Notes: generated by a model from the sequence alone, not told the origin. A stretch of DNA of 41,411 nucleotides from Candidatus Zixiibacteriota bacterium (GCA_020348065.1 CP070742.1:2229907-2271317); one strand, 5' to 3'. Counted from the first letter of the stretch, positions 1 through 10,527 are shown. Numbers and translations are program-made.

Positions 1-8
1 GAAGAGCT

Positions 9-392
9 TTAGGCGCTTTTTTGCCCTTCGCCGTTGGAACTTTTTTCAACCATCCAGCCGATAAGTAAAGCAACGCCTATAAAAATAGGGACTATTCCGA
101 TCGAAACACCAACCCAATCCAATATCTCGCCGACAATTATCATAAAGATCCAGCCTATGCCACCGCCTAACCACACCAGGGCAACCTTTAATGTCCCGTA
201 TTTCGACGATATATCAGGGAAATAAGGCACCGGTTGGCCTTTTTCAATTGCCAGACGAATTAATTCCGCCTCTCTTCTTTTCTGGGAATTACGATAGATA
301 AGGGATCCGATTAAAATCGGAATGGCGATTAGCGAACTAAATACAATCGCGACAATCAGCACAACACTGAAATTAGGATCTCCTTGCCACAT
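9..392 (-). CDS. small integral membrane protein of unknown function, transcribed divergently from the ECF sigma gene
   Basis: 127-aa ORF with two long hydrophobic stretches (VVLIVAIVFSSLIAIPILIGSLIY and GGGIGWIFMIIVG...IVPIFIGVALLIGW). No catalytic motif recognised. Confidence 0.45.
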   Translation of the reverse strand: MWQGDPNFSVVLIVAIVFSSLIAIPILIGSLIYRNSQKRREAELIRLAIEKGQPVPYFPDISSKYGTLKVALVWLGGGIGWIFMIIVGEILDWVGVSIGIVPIFIGVALLIGWMVEKSSNGEGQKSA

Positions 393-454
393 GGCAACCT
401 CCTGTTTTTGTCTCTTTGATATTTCTGGAGAGGATATTGTTTCAGAAATAATGA

Positions 455-499
455 ATCATATGAAACAATTCCATCGTATTGTAAGTCAAAGGCACAGAG
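455..499 (+). promoter_or_regulatory. candidate ECF (sigmaE-type) autoregulated promoter upstream of the sigma factor gene
   Basis: GAAACAA followed about 17 nt later by GTCAAA at 485-490 resembles the GGAACTT-N16-TCAAA consensus of sigmaE-type promoters. It lies very close to the annotated ATG at 500, so the true start or TSS is uncertain. Confidence 0.25.
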
Positions 500-1114
500 A
501 TGAAGCAGAATTCAGCCATATCAGCGATTTCCAATATAATCAACCAAAAAAAGCTTAAAATTGCCGAAAAGAGGGCGGAATTTACAGACCCCGATATTTC
601 CGTAATACAGGAAATCAGGGATGGTAACTGCGAGGCATTCGGTGCCTTGGTAAGGCGATATGAGGATTTTGTATACACGCTGATATTCGGACTGGTAAAA
701 TCCGCGGAGGAAGCCAGCGATATTACCCAGGAGGTGTTTCTTCGAGCTTACAGGTCTATTCGTAGATTTGAGCAGAGATCAAGTTTTAGGACCTGGCTTT
801 ACAGGATCTCTTATAATACCGCTATGGCTCATCTTTCACGAGAGAAGAAACTAATCGAAAGAGAGGGGAACGCCGCTTTTGATCCGGTTGACGATTCTTA
901 TAAGAGGCATGACGCCAGAATAATCCTGGAAAAGATAATTCCTAAACTGAAGCCGGAATACCGGGCGGTGATTATTCTACACTATTATGAAGATTTGAAA
1001 TATGAGGAGATAGCGGAAACGCTGGATTGCCCGGTCGGGACGGTGAAGATCCGGCTTTACCGCGCGAAATATGAACTGAAAAAACTCTGGAGCAAATATG
1101 CGATACAATTGTAA
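500..1114 (+). CDS. ECF-type RNA polymerase sigma factor (sigma-70 family, sigma-24/RpoE-like)
   Basis: Region 2 motif FLRAYRSIRRFEQRSSFRTWLYRISYNTAMAH and region 4 HTH EIAETLDCPVGTVKIRLYRAKYELKK. 204 aa. Confidence 0.9.
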   Translation: MKQNSAISAISNIINQKKLKIAEKRAEFTDPDISVIQEIRDGNCEAFGALVRRYEDFVYTLIFGLVKSAEEASDITQEVFLRAYRSIRRFEQRSSFRTWLYRISYNTAMAHLSREKKLIEREGNAAFDPVDDSYKRHDARIILEKIIPKLKPEYRAVIILHYYEDLKYEEIAETLDCPVGTVKIRLYRAKYELKKLWSKYAIQL

Positions 1115-1625
1115 TGATATAAAATATTATCTGGACCACGTCGATCAGGAACCCGAAAACCTGCAAGAATTTTTAAATCATATCGAGAATTGCGCGAATT
1201 GTAGCCGGATAGTAAGTCTGGAACCGGATATGGAGGAAATTCTTGCTGTGTCGACTCCCAAATCCTCTCCGCTGTCGATTGAAAAAGATATTCTACCGCG
1301 AATTTTGGAAAATGAAAAAGAGTACGCAAAAAGAAATCGATTAGAAAAAGCGTTTCTGCCCATTTTCTTATTCTTTTCGGCATTACCCCTGTTTCTGGGC
1401 GCCTGGTTATGGAAAGATATAAGATCTTATTTCAATTCCCTGGATTTAACGGGCGCTTATAATAGCCTGCAATCATTTATTTCAGAGATTCCGATTCCGG
1501 AAATAGATTTGGCAGGAATCGCCGCCACCTTGACGAATTCACCTCTGATTATCCTAAGCTTTATCACCATAACCACACTGGTCTGGGCGTTTTCGATTAT
1601 TGAGGCTCAGAAAGCACTGAAGTAA
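1098..1625 (+). CDS. putative zinc-finger (ZAS-type) anti-sigma factor with a C-terminal membrane domain
   Basis: Overlaps the sigma gene by 17 nt. N-terminal HIENCANCSRIV gives an HxxxCxxC zinc motif. Transmembrane stretch LPIFLFFSALPLFLGAWLW. Confidence 0.6.
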   Translation: MRYNCNDIKYYLDHVDQEPENLQEFLNHIENCANCSRIVSLEPDMEEILAVSTPKSSPLSIEKDILPRILENEKEYAKRNRLEKAFLPIFLFFSALPLFLGAWLWKDIRSYFNSLDLTGAYNSLQSFISEIPIPEIDLAGIAATLTNSPLIILSFITITTLVWAFSIIEAQKALK

Positions 1626-1649
1626 AAAGGGCGCATGCAGAGCGCCCTT
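1626..1649. terminator. bidirectional rho-independent terminator hairpin between convergent genes
   Basis: AAGGGCGC-atgcaga-GCGCCCTT is a perfect 8-bp GC-rich stem with a 7-nt loop, followed by TTTG. It sits between the stop codons at 1625 (+) and 1671 (-). Confidence 0.6.
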
Positions 1650-1670
1650 TGTAAATGATATTTTAGAATT

Positions 1671-2039
1671 CTATCTTCTTGACACTCTTCGCATCACCTG
1701 CTTGATATCGGGATTTTCAGCGAGCTTTCCGACAATCCATTCTCCGGTTGTGTCGGCGGCGAGAATATGCTGTAATAACGTCTCGCGGGATCTATCGACC
1801 TGACACATGCTGTCGATGCGGGATGAGAAGAGTTCTTCGTCCGCGAAAACCGTGTCGGCGAGGACTGCCCGGATATCCTCGTATGACAGCAGTTCGCCCA
1901 TGATATAGGCTCGATATTCAGGATCTTCCTGAATTATTTTATCGAGGGCGCTGCGGCTGTCGCATCCCGCTAACGCCAATCCCGAAATCAGCACTAAAAT
2001 CAACACCGTCTTTTTCACATTTCCTCCCGATTCACGCAA
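1671..2039 (-). CDS. putative lipoprotein
   Basis: Signal peptide with a lipobox (LILVLISGLALAGC DSRS). 122 aa, no recognised domain. Confidence 0.5.
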   Translation of the reverse strand: MRESGGNVKKTVLILVLISGLALAGCDSRSALDKIIQEDPEYRAYIMGELLSYEDIRAVLADTVFADEELFSSRIDSMCQVDRSRETLLQHILAADTTGEWIVGKLAENPDIKQVMRRVSRR

Positions 2040-2081
2040 CTTCTATTCGACTATTTCACCAATCAATCGTTTGAAATCGAT

Positions 2082-2468
2082 CTATTCTTCTTTACTTTCA
2101 TAATCGTTCACAGCCGCCTTCAGGGCTTCCTCGGCCATTACTGAACAATGAATTTTCGCTTCCGGCAATCCTCCCAGCGCTTTCACCACTTCTTCGTTGG
2201 AAATTTTCAGCGCCTCTTCAAGGGTTTTGCCCTTAAGCATTTCCGTTAACATAGACGACGAGGCTATAGCGGCCCCGCATCCAAAGGTTTTGAATTTTGC
2301 GTCCACAATAACGCCGTTTTCTATCTTCAAAAAAAGCCTCATCATATCTCCGCAGGCGGGGTTGCCCACGTTTCCAACTGCGGAAGGATTTTCCATATCA
2401 CCCATGTTTCGCGGATTGGCGAAATGATCCATTACTATTTCAGAATACGGAAAGGGTTTATCCATCGG
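2082..2468 (-). CDS. nifU: Fe-S cluster assembly scaffold protein (IscU/NifU N-terminal type)
   Basis: Conserved Cys-containing motifs [21 protein letters not shown] and [15 protein letters not shown]. The likely start is the internal Met ([15 protein letters not shown]), which overlaps the upstream nifS by about 11 nt. Confidence 0.88.
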   Translation of the reverse strand, partial: PMDKPFPYSEIVMDHFANPRNMGDMENPSAVGNVGNPACGDMMRLFLKIENGVIVDAKFKTFGCGAAIASSSMLTEMLKGKTLEEALKISNEEVVKALGGLPEAKIHCSVMAEEALKAAVNDYESKEE

Positions 2469-3705
2469 CCGTCTCCTTGTTTTTCGTGTAATCATCATAA
2501 CTGGGCGACATGGTAAGAAGTTTCTCTACCAGACCGGGTAAAACCGATTTTACGTAGTTGAAATCCTCCTCCGTATTATACCTTCCCGCGGAAAGCGTAA
2601 TAGACCCGGAACAGATATCGGAAGGAACGCCGACGGCATCGAGAACATGCGAGGCCATTAACTCGTCCTCATCCTTGGCCTTAAGATTGGAGCTGCATGC
2701 CGAACCCGAAGAGGCCATAATACCATTCATACTCAGCAATAGCAGCAACGATTCGCCTTCAATATGTTCAACCCAGAACGATACATGCCCGGGAAGCCGT
2801 TTTTCGGGATGTCCGGTAAAATTGATAAACCGCACGGACTCCTCCAGCGATTTCCAAAGGTTATTACGTAGATTTTTCAATCTTTCTTCGTGTGATTTCA
2901 AATCGTTTTTTATCATATCGCAGGCTTCCCCCATGCCGGCGATACCGGGAACGTTTTCAGTGCCGGGCCTGACCCCGCTTTCCTGATTCCCGCCTTCAAA
3001 AATCGAGGCCAATTTTATATTCTTATTTACATATAAGGCCCCTACACCCGCGGGTCCGTACAGGTTGTGCGCCGAAAGAGTCAGAAGATCGATACCCATC
3101 TTATCAACATCGATCTCGATCAATCCCGCCGCCGCAGTGGTATCGGAATGCAAAATCGAACCATGACGGTGACATATATCGGATATTTTTTCAATATCCT
3201 GCATAGTGCCGATTTCGGGATTGGCAATCGACAGGGAGACAATCGAGGGATTATTTTCCAGGGCTTTTTCGAGCATTTCCGGATCGACGAGCCCATAGCG
3301 GTCGACTTCAAGTACCGATATGTCTATATCATCATTTCTGAGTGATCGCACCTGATTCAACACCGAAAAATGCTCTATATTGGAGGTTATAAATCCAAAA
3401 TCAGGATTGGCTTTTAGAAAACCGGTAATGGCCAGATTATTTGATTCGGTCGCTCCCGAAGTGAAAATCAGATTTTCCGGGGAAGCTCCTATCAGGGCCG
3501 AGACCTTTTCCCTGGCTTCGTCGATTATCCTGCCGGCGGCTACGCCGGCGGAATGAATATGCGAAGAAGGATTGCCCAGCCTGGAACTCAGGACCTCGTT
3601 TATTTTCCGGATCACCCGGGGATCCGGAAAGGTGGTGTTTATATTATCAAAATAAGCGAATTTCTCGGTTTGCACGGTTTTAAAAAATCGCTGAATACTA
3701 ATCAA
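2458..3705 (-). CDS. nifS: cysteine desulfurase (NifS/IscS family, PLP-dependent)
   Basis: Motifs [13 protein letters not shown] and [16 protein letters not shown] (the PLP-lysine region HK is replaced by HN here; this is worth checking), plus the active-site loop SSGSACSS. 415 aa. Confidence 0.88.
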   Translation of the reverse strand: MISIQRFFKTVQTEKFAYFDNINTTFPDPRVIRKINEVLSSRLGNPSSHIHSAGVAAGRIIDEAREKVSALIGASPENLIFTSGATESNNLAITGFLKANPDFGFITSNIEHFSVLNQVRSLRNDDIDISVLEVDRYGLVDPEMLEKALENNPSIVSLSIANPEIGTMQDIEKISDICHRHGSILHSDTTAAAGLIEIDVDKMGIDLLTLSAHNLYGPAGVGALYVNKNIKLASIFEGGNQESGVRPGTENVPGIAGMGEACDMIKNDLKSHEERLKNLRNNLWKSLEESVRFINFTGHPEKRLPGHVSFWVEHIEGESLLLLLSMNGIMASSGSACSSNLKAKDEDELMASHVLDAVGVPSDICSGSITLSAGRYNTEEDFNYVKSVLPGLVEKLLTMSPSYDDYTKNKETADG

Positions 3706-3738
3706 TAATATTCGGCCGCTGGTTTCAGGATTTTATTC

Positions 3739-4191
3739 TTATTCTTCCGGTTCTTTCAAAATGCCCTCGGCGAGAGACAGCGCCACTCCGGACAACATCA
3801 CCTCCACGCCGAATTTCGTAAAATCATCCGATATCAGGCTTCGGTTAACGTCGGTATACAGGGAGCAGGCGGCCTCGCGTTCTATGACCAATCCCGAAAT
3901 CTTTCCGGCAGTCTCGGCTATAAAGGTGACCTCTCCCAACTCCTCCGAAATTACGTAACCGGTGCAATTATGCAGCTGCAGGTGGCAGTTATGGGTGTAG
4001 ACAACGACCAGGGCTCCTTCGGCTTTTTCCCCCAGCGAGACCCTGGGATAAATTTCCAGAGAAAGCTGCCTTTTGGCCTCCTCATTAACGAGTTTTATCC
4101 GGTAATGATCGTGAAGGTCGGTAATCTGACCGTCACCGAGACAGGCGACTATTTTATCGATGTCTTCCCGGGCGAAAACAGGTTTGCTCAT
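3739..4191 (-). CDS. hypothetical protein (150 aa), 4-nt overlap with tatA
   Basis: ORF with coding-like composition. No motif recognised. Possibly Roadblock/LC7-like, unverified. Confidence 0.4.
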   Translation of the reverse strand: MSKPVFAREDIDKIVACLGDGQITDLHDHYRIKLVNEEAKRQLSLEIYPRVSLGEKAEGALVVVYTHNCHLQLHNCTGYVISEELGEVTFIAETAGKISGLVIEREAACSLYTDVNRSLISDDFTKFGVEVMLSGVALSLAEGILKEPEE

Positions 4192-4433
4192 TGTTTCTTA
4201 CTTGAATCAGGGTCGCTGTCGGTTTCCTTGTGCGTAATTTTGCCCTTCGATTTCTCGTCGATATCGATTTCCGACTGAACATCCTTGATCGATTTTTTGA
4301 ATTCCCTGATTCCCTTTCCGAGCCCCGAGGCGATTTCGGGAATACGTTTGGCGCCAAAGAGAATCAGGACAATCACCAGGATAATGATGAGTTCGCCGCC
4401 GCCGGGCATCGATATTAAAATTGCTTGATCCAT
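4188..4433 (-). CDS. tatA: twin-arginine translocase subunit TatA/E
   Basis: [38 protein letters not shown] has a single TM helix followed by an amphipathic helix, the TatA hallmark. A GAGGTG Shine-Dalgarno lies 6 nt upstream of the ATG at 4433. Confidence 0.8.
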   Translation of the reverse strand: MDQAILISMPGGGELIIILVIVLILFGAKRIPEIASGLGKGIREFKKSIKDVQSEIDIDEKSKGKITHKETDSDPDSSKKQ

Positions 4434-4448
4434 TCATTCACCTCAAAA

Positions 4449-4748
4449 TTACAGATACCACCATTTGAAGTATATTATAACAAAAATTACCGCCAAAACG
4501 GAAACAAAATTTAACTTTATTAACAGACCGAACGCGAGAGAGAGGCTATACAGATTAATATAAACAGGCTCCTGAATTTCGTTAACCAGCACGCCCCGTT
4601 TACCGACACCTATTTCAAGGCTGTTTTTAAATAATGTCTTAACCGCGCCGTCCGGAAGATATTCGCCGATCAGTTCTCCGAGGAATCCCCCTAAAACGGA
4701 TGCCAGAGTCAACGCTACAATCAGGAAAGTTACTTCTCTATTTTTCAT
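4449..4748 (-). CDS. small membrane protein (DUF4321-like)
   Basis: 99 aa with N- and C-terminal hydrophobic helices and a central GELIGEYLPDG motif. Confidence 0.45.
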   Translation of the reverse strand: MKNREVTFLIVALTLASVLGGFLGELIGEYLPDGAVKTLFKNSLEIGVGKRGVLVNEIQEPVYINLYSLSLAFGLLIKLNFVSVLAVIFVIIYFKWWYL

Positions 4749-4757
4749 ATTGTTCCC

Positions 4758-5447
4758 CTAAGTCTTTGCCATACAAAATGATCGGATTATATGGCCGCCA
4801 TCAATTGACCCCAATATATGTTCAATCGCTCTTTCAGGATGGGGCATCATACCGAGAACATTGCCTTTTTCACTAACAATACCGGCTACGCCGTTTATCG
4901 AACCATTGGGATTGGCCTCCGCGGTAACGACTCCCTCCCTGTCCACATATCTGAAGATTACTCGGCTTTCGGACTCCATTCTGGATAGAGTTGAAATATC
5001 GGCATAATAATTTCCCTCGCCATGGGCTACCGGCATTCTGAGCAGCTGGCCCTGTTTTAATCCGGACGTAAAGGCGGTATTCGCATTTTCTACTCTCAGG
5101 ATCACTTCTCTGCATACAAAGCGAAGATTGATGTTTTTCATAAGGGCGCCGGGCAAAAGTCCGGACTCCAGTAAAACCTGGAATCCGTTGCAGATTCCTA
5201 TTACAAATCCGCCGGATTCTGCAAATTCAATAACTCTTTTCATGATCGGCGAAAAGCGGGCAATCGAGCCGGCTCTGAGATAGTCGCCATGAGCGAAACC
5301 GCCGGGCAAGACGACAACATCAACCGACTTTAAATCGTCAGATCCATGCCAGAGGTATTCAACCTCGACACCGTCAACCATTTTGAATGCCTGATAAGCA
5401 TCATAATCGCAATTTGAACCGGGGAATATGACGATCCCGACTTTCAT
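4758..5447 (-). CDS. purQ: phosphoribosylformylglycinamidine synthase, glutaminase subunit PurQ
   Basis: [38 protein letters not shown] (catalytic Cys) and MMPHPERA. Confidence 0.92.
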   Translation of the reverse strand: MKVGIVIFPGSNCDYDAYQAFKMVDGVEVEYLWHGSDDLKSVDVVVLPGGFAHGDYLRAGSIARFSPIMKRVIEFAESGGFVIGICNGFQVLLESGLLPGALMKNINLRFVCREVILRVENANTAFTSGLKQGQLLRMPVAHGEGNYYADISTLSRMESESRVIFRYVDREGVVTAEANPNGSINGVAGIVSEKGNVLGMMPHPERAIEHILGSIDGGHIIRSFCMAKT

Positions 5448-5692
5448 AGAACGACCTCGACTTTAAATTGCTCGATTACAGGATTGGCCAGAAGTCTGGA
5501 GGCGGCTTCGGAAGCAGCGCGGGTCGCGTCGGATTCCGTCTCGGCCTCTATCTCCAGGGTAAATATTTTACCGGTTTTGACTTTCAAAATATTTTCAAAT
5601 CCGAGATCCAGAAGAGCGTTCCCGATTGTCTGACCCTGGGGATCAAGAACTCCCTCTTTCAACGAAACATTAACTTTTGCCTGGAACTTCAT
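5444..5692 (-). CDS. purS: phosphoribosylformylglycinamidine synthase subunit PurS
   Basis: [32 protein letters not shown] is the typical PurS fold sequence. Start taken at the internal Met (MKFQ), giving about 82 aa. 4-nt overlap with purQ. Confidence 0.85.
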   Translation of the reverse strand: MKFQAKVNVSLKEGVLDPQGQTIGNALLDLGFENILKVKTGKIFTLEIEAETESDATRAASEAASRLLANPVIEQFKVEVVL

Positions 5693-5696
5693 TTTA

Positions 5697-6491
5697 TCAT
5701 TCCGTTTCCTCTCTATCCTTTTTTCTGCCAAGGCCGATCCGTTTGCCGTAAAAACCGCTTTTCCCCACGTTATAAAACATAAATATCACGAATCTCAGGA
5801 TGGCGTAGGCTATATAGATCGCTACCACCGGAAACAGAATCAATGATGAGTTAATCATCATACCTACCGCCACCAGGAACAGGAAAAGGACCTTTAATCT
5901 GTTGATACGTTTTGAAAAATCGAAATTTGGCATGGTTTCAAATTCAATAACGCTGACCATGAGGGCCGATGTTACCAGGACGAGTATTATGTAGAATTTT
6001 TCCGGGTTAATGCCGCCCAAAACCTCTTTTTCGAACAGAATGAAAGAGACTATTGTAACGGCGGCCACCGGTACCGGCATACCGAGAAAATTAGTCTTTT
6101 CTTCAAAGGAGGCGGTCATATTATAACGGGCCAATCTGAAGCTGGCCGCCATGAGATAGACAAAAGCCAGAATCCAGGCCCAGTTGCCTTTGGAGATCAA
6201 CGAAAAATTAATAATTAAGACTGCGGGTGCGACCCCGAAAGAAATAACGTCGGCCAGAGAATCTATTTCAACTCCAAACCTGGAGGAAGCTTTGGAAAAA
6301 CGTGCCACCAGGCCATCCAGGATATCAAAAAAAGCCGCCAGAATTATGAGCCAGACGGCCTCGTTTATTCTAAGAGTTCTTTCAATACCGGAAAGATATT
6401 TTGCTCCGCCGGAGATAATAATGACCCCGAAACCGCAGGCGAGATTGCCCATGGTAAAGATTCCCGGAAGTATACCTTTGATATTTTTCAC
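5697..6491 (-). CDS. pssA: CDP-diacylglycerol--serine O-phosphatidyltransferase (CDP-alcohol phosphatidyltransferase family)
   Basis: CDP-OH transferase motif DILDGLVAR...SSRFGVEIDSLADVISFG. Multi-TM protein. Confidence 0.82.
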   Translation of the reverse strand: MKNIKGILPGIFTMGNLACGFGVIIISGGAKYLSGIERTLRINEAVWLIILAAFFDILDGLVARFSKASSRFGVEIDSLADVISFGVAPAVLIINFSLISKGNWAWILAFVYLMAASFRLARYNMTASFEEKTNFLGMPVPVAAVTIVSFILFEKEVLGGINPEKFYIILVLVTSALMVSVIEFETMPNFDFSKRINRLKVLFLFLVAVGMMINSSLILFPVVAIYIAYAILRFVIFMFYNVGKSGFYGKRIGLGRKKDREETE

Positions 6492-7108
6492 GGCAGCATA
6501 CCCAGAATTGTTTTCCCGCCTTTAACTCTTTGCTTCAACCCGATATCGATTTTTGAGCCGAGCGGGAGAACCAGATCCACTCTGCTCCCGAACCTTATCA
6601 GACCGATTCTCTGGCCGGCTTTCAGATTGTCGCCGATTTTATAATAAAAAATCGTCCGGCGGGCGATGGAACCGGCGACCTGATACATTTTTACAACTCC
6701 GGCCGAGGTTTCAAATTCAAGCTCGTTTTTTTGATTTTCCTTCATGGCGCTATCTTTAAAAGCTGAGTGGAACTTTCCCGGATGGTATTGAATATATTTC
6801 ACGGTTCCGGAAACCGGCGCCCGGTTTACGTGCACGTTAAATATGGAAAGGAATATCGACAGCACGGGACGACCGTCCATTTCATCGATTTTTATTACGC
6901 GGCCGTCCGCGGGAGAGAGTATCAGTTTTTCACCCTCCGGGATTTTTCTGTCGGGATCCCGAAAAAACAACATAACCGCCATGCCGAGAAAAAATAAGAC
7001 GGTAGCGATGTATGCGAAAGTTATATCGATATACCTGCTGAAAAGAAACATGAAAAAGCCGGAAATTATTAAAAACGGTAAAGGGAAAATATATCCTTCT
7101 TTTGTCAT
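6488..7108 (-). CDS. psd: phosphatidylserine decarboxylase-related proenzyme (short archaeal-type Psd)
   Basis: VHVNRAPVSGTV, HPGKFHSA and FGSRVDLVLP (pyruvoyl-forming GS site). 4-nt overlap with pssA. Confidence 0.8.
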   Translation of the reverse strand: MTKEGYIFPLPFLIISGFFMFLFSRYIDITFAYIATVLFFLGMAVMLFFRDPDRKIPEGEKLILSPADGRVIKIDEMDGRPVLSIFLSIFNVHVNRAPVSGTVKYIQYHPGKFHSAFKDSAMKENQKNELEFETSAGVVKMYQVAGSIARRTIFYYKIGDNLKAGQRIGLIRFGSRVDLVLPLGSKIDIGLKQRVKGGKTILGMLP

Positions 7109-8421
7109 ACCGCAAGGGCCCTTTTGATTATCTCGCCTACTCTTCTGGTATAGTAGGCGATATCGAAGAGCGAGTCAATCTCTTTCGGTTTCAAGTATTT
7201 CATTACCTCCGGAGAAGAGCCCACCAGTTTTTTAAAGTCCTCCCCTCTATCCCAGCTTTTCATGGCTAGAGATTGGACTATTTTATAAGCCTCTTCCCTG
7301 CTCGGCATTTTCTCGGTTAAGGCCAGAAGCACTCTCTGGGAAAAGACAAGTCCCCGGGTCAATTCTATATTTTTTCTCATTCTTTCGGAGTTTATGTTCA
7401 AATTGAGGAGCACATGGTTCAACTTATGAAGCATATAATGCAGCAGCGTGGTTGAATCCGGCATGATGATCCTCTCCACCGACGAGTGGGTGATATCGCG
7501 TTCATGCCAGAGAGCCATATTCTCCATTGCCGCCATGGAATTGGATCTCAGCACCCTTGCCAGCCCGGCGAGACGTTCGCAGGTAATGGGATTTTTCTTG
7601 TGGGGCATGGCCGATGAGCCCTTCTGGCCTCTGGCGAATCCTTCCTCCACCTCGAGGATCTCGGTACGCTGCAGGTTTCTTATCTCGGTGGCGATTTTCT
7701 CAACGGTTCCGCCGATTATCGCCAAAACCGAAAGAAAATAAGCGTGCCGATCCCGCTGAACAACCTGGGTGGACACCTCTGCGGGCTTGATACCCAGTTT
7801 TTTACACACGGCAGCTTCTATCTCGGGGCCGATATTTGCAAAATTTCCCACCGCCCCGGACAATTTTCCCACGGATATCTCTTTAATCGCAGCATTCAAT
7901 CGTTTCAAGTCGCGGGCGATTTCCGTATACCACAACGCCAGTTTCAGGCCAAAGACGGTCGGTTCGGCGTGGATGCCGTGGGTCCTGCCGATACAGGGAA
8001 CATCGGCGTATTTCGGAGCCATCTCCTTAAGAATCTTAGCCGTTTCGGAGAGTTTCTTTTTTATCAAAGACCCGGCATTTTTCGTCAGGATAGCCGTAGA
8101 GGTATCCAGAATATCCGAGGAGGTTAATCCGGCATGGATATATTTTGATTCTTCGCCGACGTTTTCGGCGACGTTGGTCAGGAAGGCTATTACGTCATGA
8201 TCGGTAACCGCTTCTATCTCTTTGATTCTCTTGACATCGAACGCCGCCTTCCGTTTGATAATTTCAGCCGCTTTTGTCGGGATTTCCCCACTTTCCGCTC
8301 TGGCATCGCATACTGCAATCTCGACTTTAAGCCAGGCGGCGAATTTATTCTCATCCGACCAGAGCCGCGCCATCTCCGGCAATGTGTAGCGAGGAATCAT
8401 TATTTCTTGACCTTCTCCCAA
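7105..8421 (-). CDS. purB: adenylosuccinate lyase
   Basis: [13 protein letters not shown] and the fumarate-lyase signature [10 protein letters not shown]. 438 aa. Confidence 0.93.
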   Translation of the reverse strand: MGEGQEIMIPRYTLPEMARLWSDENKFAAWLKVEIAVCDARAESGEIPTKAAEIIKRKAAFDVKRIKEIEAVTDHDVIAFLTNVAENVGEESKYIHAGLTSSDILDTSTAILTKNAGSLIKKKLSETAKILKEMAPKYADVPCIGRTHGIHAEPTVFGLKLALWYTEIARDLKRLNAAIKEISVGKLSGAVGNFANIGPEIEAAVCKKLGIKPAEVSTQVVQRDRHAYFLSVLAIIGGTVEKIATEIRNLQRTEILEVEEGFARGQKGSSAMPHKKNPITCERLAGLARVLRSNSMAAMENMALWHERDITHSSVERIIMPDSTTLLHYMLHKLNHVLLNLNINSERMRKNIELTRGLVFSQRVLLALTEKMPSREEAYKIVQSLAMKSWDRGEDFKKLVGSSPEVMKYLKPKEIDSLFDIAYYTRRVGEIIKRALAV

Positions 8422-9044
8422 TCAGCCAGAAATTTCTCAAGTCCGATGTCGGTAAGGGGATGTTTCAGAAGTTTGCCTATGACGTTAAACGGCATGGTTA
8501 TTATATCCGCGCCCATGAGGGCCGCCTCGACCACGTGCATGGAGTGCCGAACCGACGCCACCAGCACCTCGGTCTCAAAACCGTAATTATCATAAATGGT
8601 TATAATTTCCCGGACGAGCCTCATACCATCCGACGAGATATCGTCAAGCCTGCCTACGAACGGCGAGATAAAACTGGCGCCGGCTTTGGCCGCTATGATA
8701 GCTTGCGTGGGCGAGAAACAGAGAGTTACGTTGACTTTGATTCCCTCGGATTCGAGTTTCTTTATGGCTGTAACGCCGGCTTTGATGATGGGTACCTTGA
8801 TAACGATATTGTCAGCGATTTTCGCCAGTTCCCGTGCCTCCTTTATCATCCCATCGGTCTCAACAGAGGTAACCTCGGCTGAAACCGGACCATCGCAGAT
8901 TTCGCAGATTTCGGTTAGAAGCTCCCGGTACTGTCTGTTCTCTTTTGATAACAAACTGGGATTGGTGGTAACCCCGTCTAATAGCCCCATCTCTTTTGCG
9001 GCCCGAATCTCATCAGGATTTCCGGTGTCGATGAAAAATTTCAT
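8400..9044 (-). CDS. tal: transaldolase / fructose-6-phosphate aldolase (short Tal/Fsa type)
   Basis: [32 protein letters not shown] is near-identical in pattern to the N-terminus of short transaldolases. 214 aa. Confidence 0.85.
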   Translation of the reverse strand: MKFFIDTGNPDEIRAAKEMGLLDGVTTNPSLLSKENRQYRELLTEICEICDGPVSAEVTSVETDGMIKEARELAKIADNIVIKVPIIKAGVTAIKKLESEGIKVNVTLCFSPTQAIIAAKAGASFISPFVGRLDDISSDGMRLVREIITIYDNYGFETEVLVASVRHSMHVVEAALMGADIITMPFNVIGKLLKHPLTDIGLEKFLADWEKVKK

Positions 9045-9787
9045 AAATTTATCCCTTCATACTTAACATCAACCAGGTACAGCCCGCACGCCGGTGCGAT
9101 GTATTTTGTTTTTTCATCCGTTTTATTCTCTAAAATCTCGTAAAATTTTTCTATCCTCATCTTCCCTCTCTCAACCGCCGCCATCGATCCCACCAACAAC
9201 CTTACCATGTTGTGCAAAAACCTGTTGGCCGAGATATTAAATCGTAAAAATCCTGCGTATCTGGACCATCCTGCATCAAGTATAATGCAGTCGTTGGAGG
9301 ACTTTCTCGATTTGACCTTGCAGAAATTGTCAAAATGAACCGATTCTTTTATTCTGGCCGCCATATCGTTCAGTATAGATATATCAATTCTTCTTTCGAT
9401 AATCCATGAAAAGTTGACATTCAAGGCCGATAATTTTTCGGAAATCAGGTAACGATACGATCGGTATACAGCGTCCTTGCGGGAATTGAATCCGAGCGGA
9501 ACCTCGCGGCAGGAATGTACAACTATATCGTGAGGAATCATCTTATTGAGCTTATATTTCATCTCCGATGGTTTTAGCGGTTTGCCGGTAATGAAATTAG
9601 CGTACTGCCCCAGAGCGTGCGCCCCGCTGTCGGTACGACCCGCGCCTATGAGGCTTATCTTTTCTCTGGTGAATTTCGATAAACAGTCGCTCAGGATACC
9701 TTGGACGGTCCTCCCCTTTGCCTGGATCTGCCAGCCCTCGAAATCGGCGCCGCAATATTCGAGTTTCATCAGGAAATTCCTTTTCAT
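9041..9787 (-). CDS. truA: tRNA pseudouridine(38-40) synthase TruA
   Basis: [12 protein letters not shown] and [14 protein letters not shown] (catalytic Asp). The preferred start is the MKRNF ATG, which forms an ATGA overlap with the ecfT stop codon. Confidence 0.88.
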   Translation of the reverse strand: MKRNFLMKLEYCGADFEGWQIQAKGRTVQGILSDCLSKFTREKISLIGAGRTDSGAHALGQYANFITGKPLKPSEMKYKLNKMIPHDIVVHSCREVPLGFNSRKDAVYRSYRYLISEKLSALNVNFSWIIERRIDISILNDMAARIKESVHFDNFCKVKSRKSSNDCIILDAGWSRYAGFLRFNISANRFLHNMVRLLVGSMAAVERGKMRIEKFYEILENKTDEKTKYIAPACGLYLVDVKYEGINL

Positions 9788-10527
9788 CTCGAAAGCCACC
9801 CCCCGATAATCATACAGATTGAAACCGCACAAACAAAAATCCCGAACGGACCGAGCTTTACAGGCGGAAAAACAGCCTGTTTATAGCGCAAAGGATATCC
9901 CCTTAACTCCAAGGCCGTGGAAACCGATTCGGCTTTTTTAAACGTGCTTACGAATATCGAAATCATAAGCAGGTTTGCCGTTCTGAATTTTTTAAAAATT
10001 CCGCCGCTAAAATCAAATCCGCGTGACCTGAATGCCGTCAGCATCGTTTGCGCCTGCCGGGAGAGATCCGGCAGAAAACGCAATGCCAGAGAAAACGATA
10101 TAAGAAAAGATGAAATGTACCGGCCGAGAGGGCCGAAGTATCTTACGATTCTTTCCAAAGGATTTATCAATTCCATGGGATCGACTTTGAAGAAGATGAT
10201 ATAAGCGGAGTAGACAAAAACGATCAGTTTTAAACCGTAGAGCGCCCCGCTTACGGCACCGTCAATGGTCGCCTTCAAAAACCAGATTTTGAACAAAACC
10301 GTGTCGGCACCGGAGAAAAGATGCAGCAGGAAAACCAGCAGGAAAAAGCAAAACGCCATTTTACCGATTTTCAGAATATCTTTAAGAGCTCCTCCCCAGA
10401 TATAGAAGGCGGTCAGGACCGCGGCAAGCATAATAATCAGGAAGCCGGAATCGTTTGAAACCGCTGCCGCGAAAGCCGCTGCAATCGCGAATATGAATTT
10501 TGTGACCGACCCTACTTCCATCGCCAA
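9784..10527 (-). CDS. ecfT: energy-coupling factor transporter transmembrane (T) component EcfT/CbiQ
   Basis: Multi-TM protein with the conserved RGFDFSGG...RTANLL...ALELRGY motifs of the CbiQ/EcfT family. Confidence 0.78.
   Translation of the reverse strand: MAMEVGSVTKFIFAIAAAFAAAVSNDSGFLIIMLAAVLTAFYIWGGALKDILKIGKMAFCFFLLVFLLHLFSGADTVLFKIWFLKATIDGAVSGALYGLKLIVFVYSAYIIFFKVDPMELINPLERIVRYFGPLGRYISSFLISFSLALRFLPDLSRQAQTMLTAFRSRGFDFSGGIFKKFRTANLLMISIFVSTFKKAESVSTALELRGYPLRYKQAVFPPVKLGPFGIFVCAVSICMIIGGWLSR

Noticed and set aside
4154-4437. Short ORFs overlapping tatA in other frames (4154-4357, 4207-4437, 4230-4418)
   Set aside because: They overlap a gene with a clear TatA signature, and their translations are Arg/Asn-rich junk.
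7448-9066. Several 100 to 170-aa plus-strand ORFs (7448-7741, 7744-8200, 8197-8586, 8382-8882, 8596-9066)
   Set aside because: All are antisense to purB or transaldolase. None has recognisable features.
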